In this document: positions 7,640 through 11,918 of the stretch, piece by piece
Layout of the letters: each line of letters opens with the position of its first letter
How positions within the stretch are numbered: position 1 is the stretch's first letter
From: Candidatus Jordarchaeia archaeon
GTDB taxonomy: Archaea; Asgardarchaeota; Jordiarchaeia; Jordiarchaeales; Jordiarchaeaceae
Length of the DNA: 11,918 bases
Direction: 5' to 3'
Assembly: GCA_029856435.1 (NCBI GenBank)
Contig: JAHQXB010000147.1
Span: 1-11,918 of the forward strand
The notes under the pieces: generated by a model
The model's database searches: none
Told to the model about the DNA's origin: nothing
The model's input: the letters and a program-made list of their open reading frames with translations, nothing else
Program-made: the position numbers and the translations under genes

Positions 7640-8575
7640 TTGTTGAAAGGCGGCGGACACACGGCTGAGCAAAAAATCCGCAGCTTCCTCAGCTCAATAG
7701 GCCTACCGAACCGCGACTACGCAGAGCTGCCCCCATCGCCAATCCGATTTCCAGACGGCTCCCAGTACCGCTTCGAAATCCCAAGCGCCCAAACCCCCGA
7801 AATCATCACAAAATACCTAGAACTCTTCGAGGACTACGAAGCACCCAAGCCACACAGATTCACCGAAACAAGAGGAATAATGCGCCTGCTAGACAGGGAC
7901 ATAGAAAAAATGGTCGAAATCTGCAAAAGGGAAAAAATAGAACTCTTCCTGTCAACCGGACCAAGAGCCATAACAGACACCTCCACAGTTTCACACACAC
8001 CCGAAGGCGCACGAATAGCCTACCGCCTGAGAGGAACAGAACAACTCGTCCACGCACTCACAGACGTATATAGAGCAGCAGAACTAGGGGTCAGAGGATT
8101 CGTAATCTACGACGAAGGAATGCTCACAGTACTAAACTTAATGAGACAAGAAGAAATCATCCCCACAAACTGCAGGTTTAAGGTCTCAGTCCACTGCGGA
8201 CACGGCAACCCAGCATCAATAAAGCTCCTAGAAAGCCTCGGAGCCGACAGTGTAAACCCAGTTGCCGACCTTACTCTCCCCATGATCGCCTCCATAAGAA
8301 ATGTCGTAAAGATATTCCTAGACATCTTCACAGACACACCCGCCACATCAGGCTCCATCAACAGAATATACGAAGTGCCCGAGATAATACGGGTAGCCTC
8401 CCCGGTCTACCTAAAGGTCGGGTCAATCGCGAATCCTCGACACAACCACCACCCAAACCAGAGCGAAATCGTCGAGCGGGTGAGACAGGTAAAAGCCGTC
8501 GCAGAAATGATAGAACGGTACTATCCAGAAAGCAAACCAAGCCACAACAGAAACCTCCTCGCAATCCCAGAATAA
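7640..8575 (+). CDS. Peptidase-U32-like TIM-barrel protein lacking the usual Cys motif
   Basis: TTG start 9 nt after GGAGG (7626-7630). Segments RFPDGSQYRFEIPS, RAAELGVRGFVIYDEG, KVSVHCGHGNPASIKLLESLGADSVNP and SPVYLKVG resemble uncharacterised U32-like TIM barrels (recognised from memory). Codon style matches the neighbours. Confidence 0.75.
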   Translation: MLKGGGHTAEQKIRSFLSSIGLPNRDYAELPPSPIRFPDGSQYRFEIPSAQTPEIITKYLELFEDYEAPKPHRFTETRGIMRLLDRDIEKMVEICKREKIELFLSTGPRAITDTSTVSHTPEGARIAYRLRGTEQLVHALTDVYRAAELGVRGFVIYDEGMLTVLNLMRQEEIIPTNCRFKVSVHCGHGNPASIKLLESLGADSVNPVADLTLPMIASIRNVVKIFLDIFTDTPATSGSINRIYEVPEIIRVASPVYLKVGSIANPRHNHHPNQSEIVERVRQVKAVAEMIERYYPESKPSHNRNLLAIPE

Positions 8576-8755
8576 GCACAAAAAATGCACAAGCCACTAA
8601 GGCACATGGAAGCAACAAATCTTAAATTCCCTCAAACAAATTAGCCTACACCAAAAGACCTCGAAAAGGTCGAAAGCCAAAAGCGAATGAAATCTCAATC
8701 CAAATGGGGGATTAAGCACACAAATGGTAGAACCCCAAGAAAGGGAGGGATACCT

Positions 8756-9058
8756 ATGCCCAGTATCAAAGTTTCGGAAGAGGTATACCGAAAGTTTAAG
8801 GCCTTCACAAAGGTGGTTGACGCGGTAATAGGAGAAGAAATCGGAGACGAAACGGTGTATGCCGACTTCGTCCTCTCCATGGGTATCGACAGGCTCTTGC
8901 AGGACCCCCTACCAGACGAACCCATACTCCAAGACACCATAGTAAGTATGTTCAACAAGAATCCCGAGTTCGTCGCAGAATTCATCGCAGAAACCCTAAA
9001 ACAAGGCCAGATAGGAAAAGATAAGCAGGCCGAAAAGTGGAAACGCTACATCACCTAA
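8756..9058 (+). CDS. Small protein with N-terminal ribbon-helix-helix-like motif, 100 aa
   Basis: GGAGG (8744-8748) 7 nt before ATG 8756 favours this start over 8687. MPSIKVSEEVYRKFKAF fits the archaeal RHH/antitoxin pattern (strand xIxVS followed by helix EEVY). Confidence 0.75.
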   Translation: MPSIKVSEEVYRKFKAFTKVVDAVIGEEIGDETVYADFVLSMGIDRLLQDPLPDEPILQDTIVSMFNKNPEFVAEFIAETLKQGQIGKDKQAEKWKRYIT

Positions 9059-9121
9059 ACCCGGAACCCCTAGGTGGATTCCACACCTTCCGCTCACCCA
9101 AAAACAAAAGGAGATGGTCAA

Positions 9122-9976
9122 ATGTGCGAACTGCTCGGAATGTCGTTCAACCAACCCGTAAGACCAAGAATATCTTTCAGAAGGTTCCGTCTAAGGGGTG
9201 AATGTAATCCCGACGGGTGGGGACTCGCCTTCTATCCCGACAGGTCGGCGCAGATTTTCAAGGAACCCCTAAAAGCAACCGATAGCGACCTGTCGGAATT
9301 CATAAAAGACTACCCCGAGGTCAGATCCAGACTCATAGTTGGGCACGTGAGGAAGAAGCAGCAGGGACAGGTAAGCCACAGAAACACCCAGCCGTTCAGC
9401 CGGGAACTCAATGGCAGAGAGTACGTTTTCGCCCACAACGGCAGAAAAGTGCCCCACATCCACAGGGGGCTAACCAGCCTGGAGCTGGGAAGGTTCAAAC
9501 CAATCGGAGAAACGGGCTCGGAGCACGCCTTCTGCCACCTCCTAAAATCCATCGAAGAAAGAGGCATAAAGCAGTGGAAACACGATGATTTCCAGTGGCT
9601 CGCCGAAAAGCTGAGAGAAATGAACAGGTACGCGGCGCTAAACGTGGTGTTCTCCGACAGCGAGTACCTCTTTTGCTACCACGACAAAAACGGCTACAAG
9701 GGCCTCTACTTCCTCCATAGAAAGGCACCCTACGGCGCATTCAAAGTATTCGACGAAGACTGGAACATAAGCTTCACCCCGGAAAAGAATCCCAACCAGT
9801 ACGGCTACATCATAGCAACCCAACCCCTCAAAGACAAAGAAAAACAACCCTCCACGGACGAAAAATGGGAACCCTTCAAACCCGGCGAACTAATCATCTT
9901 CCGAAACGGCGAACTAATCTACTCCAGCACAGCCCACAACAAACACGGAAAGCGGCGGAAGCGTAAAGAAGCGTGA
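9122..9976 (+). CDS. Class II glutamine amidotransferase / Ntn hydrolase, YafJ-like (copy 2, altered substrate pocket)
   Basis: The true start must be ATG 9122 (MCELLG) to expose the N-terminal Cys; GGAGATGGT upstream. DGWGLAFY, GHVRKKQQG, NTQPF, FAHNG, ETGSEHAFC. 284 aa with a basic tail HGKRRKRKEA. Confidence 0.92.
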   Translation: MCELLGMSFNQPVRPRISFRRFRLRGECNPDGWGLAFYPDRSAQIFKEPLKATDSDLSEFIKDYPEVRSRLIVGHVRKKQQGQVSHRNTQPFSRELNGREYVFAHNGRKVPHIHRGLTSLELGRFKPIGETGSEHAFCHLLKSIEERGIKQWKHDDFQWLAEKLREMNRYAALNVVFSDSEYLFCYHDKNGYKGLYFLHRKAPYGAFKVFDEDWNISFTPEKNPNQYGYIIATQPLKDKEKQPSTDEKWEPFKPGELIIFRNGELIYSSTAHNKHGKRRKRKEA

Positions 9977-10405
9977 AGAACGAAACCCCAACTCCGCAGG
10001 AGTACATCATCCACAGATTGCCTGTTCCGGTGCATCTAGGCTACATTGATGAGCCGGACGTGATAAGGGACGTGGTGCAAGCGAGACTCGGCTGGTTCAA
10101 CGTGGACCTCCTGAAATACTCAAACAAACTAAGGGAACTCGGATTGCACGGGGAGAAGCTTTCCATACAGTGCAACGGTAACAGGGCTAATCCCAACCCA
10201 GAGCACAGCGGCCAAGGCATTCCTCATCAGAGCAAGGTCAATCAAGGATTTAGAAAACGCAATCAAGACACTGGTAAAGAAGTACGAACCCTCCAAAAAC
10301 ACCAATAAGTTCAAGCTCGAAATATTCGCAGAACTCACAGGACTGACCCCTGACCTAGACAGAATACTGAAGAAGTTCGGCGAATGGAGAGGCGAAGACC
10401 TATAA
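9973..10405 (+). pseudogene. Unknown ~143 aa gene split by a +1 frameshift near 10159-10163 (pseudogene, assembly indel or programmed shift)
   Basis: GTG overlaps the TGA of GATase copy 2 (GTGA). The 0-frame is protein-like up to LRELGLHGEKL. The +1 frame (open 10133-10405, no start codon) reads PYSATVTGLIPTQSTAAKAFLIRARSIKDLENAIKTLVKKYEPSKNTNKFKLEIFAELTGLTPDLDRILKKFGEWRGEDL* in the same codon style as the operon. Confidence 0.75.
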
Positions 10406-10506
10406 TACTCGGAACCACGCTATCCGGGAACACACCGACACCAGCAGAAGAACGATAAGAATCCCTAATACCCCTAGAAAAGACACATACAAGGTGGGAG
10501 TAAAGT

Positions 10507-10662
10507 ATGCCCGTGGCAAGAGGATGCCCATTGGAACCACACCAAAGACCCAACAAGTGCAGAAGATGCCCATTAAATCCCGAAGAAAGAAATGCCCGTT
10601 GCCCATGGTACCGAGGACTAAGAAAAGCAACGCTCAGAAGAAAAAAGCCACAGGATAAGTAA
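10507..10662 (+). CDS. Cys-rich basic mini-protein, 51 aa (possible metal-binding)
   Basis: MPVARGCPLEPHQRPNKCRRCPLNPEERNARCPWYRGLRKATLRRKKPQDK*, pattern C-x10-C-x2-C-x10-C. GGTGGGAG (10493-10500) lies 6 nt upstream of the ATG. Below the ORF-track size cutoff. Confidence 0.55.
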   Translation: MPVARGCPLEPHQRPNKCRRCPLNPEERNARCPWYRGLRKATLRRKKPQDK

Positions 10663-10916
10663 ACACCACCCCCAAAGGCGGGCAAACAAAAAAGGAAACC
10701 TGAATCAACAACTCAAGCGGTGACAGACCTGAACGAAGCCCCTGTACTTCCTGTGGCGGTTCCTAGAAGATGAAGTATAATAATGTTTACAGAGAGGTAG
10801 AAGTTTTCAACATGGACGATTTCCCAGAACTTTTTAAGCGCACTGAAGAGAAGAAGTTATTAAGGATACAAATGTGATTCAAATAACCCTGAAATATGGG
10901 AGGAGGTATCCCCGCC

Positions 10917-11531
10917 TTATTCAAGCAGGTCTTTAAGAGTTTTCATTGCCTCTACTTTGAGGGTTTCGGGTACCATTGATGTTGGAAACCAGCTTGAAAA
11001 AATTTTACATTTCAGTTCCCCTACATCGTGCCTCAGGTAGGATTCGGGTACAATTTTTCCCGCAAGATCCCCTAGTTTAAACCTTTTTACTCTAAGAAAG
11101 GATTTAAGAGGGGTCTTGCCTAGGGTGCAGACGACCTCTGGTTTACAGTGTTCTATCTCCCTCAGGAGGAAGCTCCTGCAGTTCTCAATTGCCTTCATCG
11201 GTGGACTCGCATTTTCACCATTTTTCTCGAATGGGCATTTAACAGCGTCAGTGTAATAGTACTTTTCCCCAAACTCATTCAAACTTCCGCTTCTCATTAA
11301 TCCGGCCTTGACAAGCTGCGTGAAAAGCCTGTCGCGGACTATCGATTTCGATTTGGGATTCCACAGGTACACTCCACTTACCGGCGGCGACTCAACCACG
11401 AATACCAATCTGAACCGTTTAAATGGAACTCCGAAGTCTGACGGAATCTTCTTACCATCGAGAACAACACATTTCCTTCCTCTTATAGACGCACATCTTT
11501 TGCAGTTATGAATTTCCTCAAATAGTTCCAA
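10917..11531 (-). CDS. Uracil-DNA glycosylase superfamily protein, family 4-like with predicted 4Fe-4S cluster and non-canonical motifs
   Basis: TTG start with GGGGGT upstream. C10-x2-C13; motif A LVFVV46ESPP; YYTD95AVKC99P ... C118; PEVVCTLG; motif B SW181FP. Confidence 0.88.
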   Translation of the reverse strand: MELFEEIHNCKRCASIRGRKCVVLDGKKIPSDFGVPFKRFRLVFVVESPPVSGVYLWNPKSKSIVRDRLFTQLVKAGLMRSGSLNEFGEKYYYTDAVKCPFEKNGENASPPMKAIENCRSFLLREIEHCKPEVVCTLGKTPLKSFLRVKRFKLGDLAGKIVPESYLRHDVGELKCKIFSSWFPTSMVPETLKVEAMKTLKDLLE

Positions 11532-11722
11532 CCGTATTACCCCCTTTCATTCTAAATTAGTTTTAAGTGTCAGTAGTTTATTTTTTAATTTCTTGGGCAT
11601 AAAAAGTTTTGGGTGATGCAGATTTATTCGGCTCCATCTCCCTAATAAGGCTCCAAATCGTGAAAGAAGCCCTATAAACACCCCTTTTTTGAGGCGAAAC
11701 CGAACAATTCTACATCACCTAA

Positions 11723-11918
11723 ATGAATTCCGTAGAATATCCCTTAAGCCCTAAATGGGTAAAATTGAAACTGGAAGAGCTTCAGTCTAAAGGTGTTAAG
11801 TTAGGCAAACCTCGAAAATTTAGTAATCTTGATTGGCGAATTCAGGCATCAACGCTGAGAATAGCAGAGAATATAGGAGTTTTAATCGGATTTGAAAACG
11901 TTACTATAGAGCCTAGCT
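11723..11918 (+). CDS. 5' part of a hypothetical protein running off the right edge, possibly the tail of a degraded longer gene
   Basis: Open from ATG 11723 to the window end: MNSVEYPLSPKWVKLKLEELQSKGVKLGKPRKFSNLDWRIQASTLRIAENIGVLIGFENVTIEPS. No clear RBS. The same frame upstream (from about 11606) is protein-like but has stops at 11675, 11690 and 11720. Confidence 0.5.
   Translation, partial: MNSVEYPLSPKWVKLKLEELQSKGVKLGKPRKFSNLDWRIQASTLRIAENIGVLIGFENVTIEPS

Noticed and set aside
8687-8755. ORF-track N-terminal extension of the RHH-like gene
   Set aside because: The RBS and the RHH motif point to ATG 8756.
9074-9121. ORF-track N-terminal extension of GATase copy 2
   Set aside because: Ntn hydrolases need the Cys at the mature N-terminus; ATG 9122 has its own RBS.
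5807-9847. Remaining small ORF-track calls overlapping the + strand cluster (5807, 6158, 6851, 7043, 7291, 7860, 8107, 8358, 8695, 9269, 9310, 9495, 9638)
   Set aside because: Antisense or off-frame shadows of motif-bearing genes, favoured by the strong strand bias.
10129-10685. Minus-strand ORFs 10129..10338, 10335..10685 and 10400..10630
   Set aside because: Shadows of the + strand frameshifted gene and mini-ORF; codon style supports the + strand.
10770-10877. 35 aa ORF MKYNNVYREVEVFNMDDFPELFKRTEEKKLLRIQM
   Set aside because: No convincing RBS spacing or motif; it cannot be distinguished from chance.
11308-11511. 67 aa + strand ORF
   Set aside because: Antisense inside the second UDG-like gene.
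1-11918. Stop-codon reassignment as an explanation for the interrupted frames
   Set aside because: The interruptions include TAA, TAG, TGA and frameshifts, and intact genes end with all three stop codons. Ordinary pseudogenisation fits better.
1-11918. CRISPR-Cas locus suggested by the Cas4-like and CARF-like genes
   Set aside because: No regularly spaced repeats and no cas1, cas2, cas6 or effector genes are visible in the window. An array outside the window cannot be excluded.

Overview
This looks like an archaeal accessory region. That is an inference from GGAGGTG/GAGGTG/GGTGA ribosome-binding sites, TTG/GTG starts, AT-rich TATA-like upstream tracts and a CARF-like/wHTH regulator. Intact genes: two divergent Fe-S uracil-DNA-glycosylase-superfamily genes at opposite ends; a stand-alone Cas4-like PD-(D/E)xK Fe-S nuclease with a long C-terminal extension; and a + strand run of CARF-like/wHTH regulator, class II glutamine amidotransferase (GATase-II, YafJ/EgtC-like), U32-like TIM barrel, RHH-like protein, a second GATase-II with a remodelled glutamine pocket, a frameshifted unknown gene and a Cys-rich mini-ORF. 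Not in the ORF track but visible by hand: a gamma-glutamylcyclotransferase remnant, a decayed unknown gene, partial genes at both edges, the +1 continuation of 9973..10308 at an RF2-like shift site, and the Cys-rich mini-ORF. I saw no rRNA, tRNA, CRISPR array, cas1, integrase or transposase. All family calls come from motifs recognised by eye; no searches were run.
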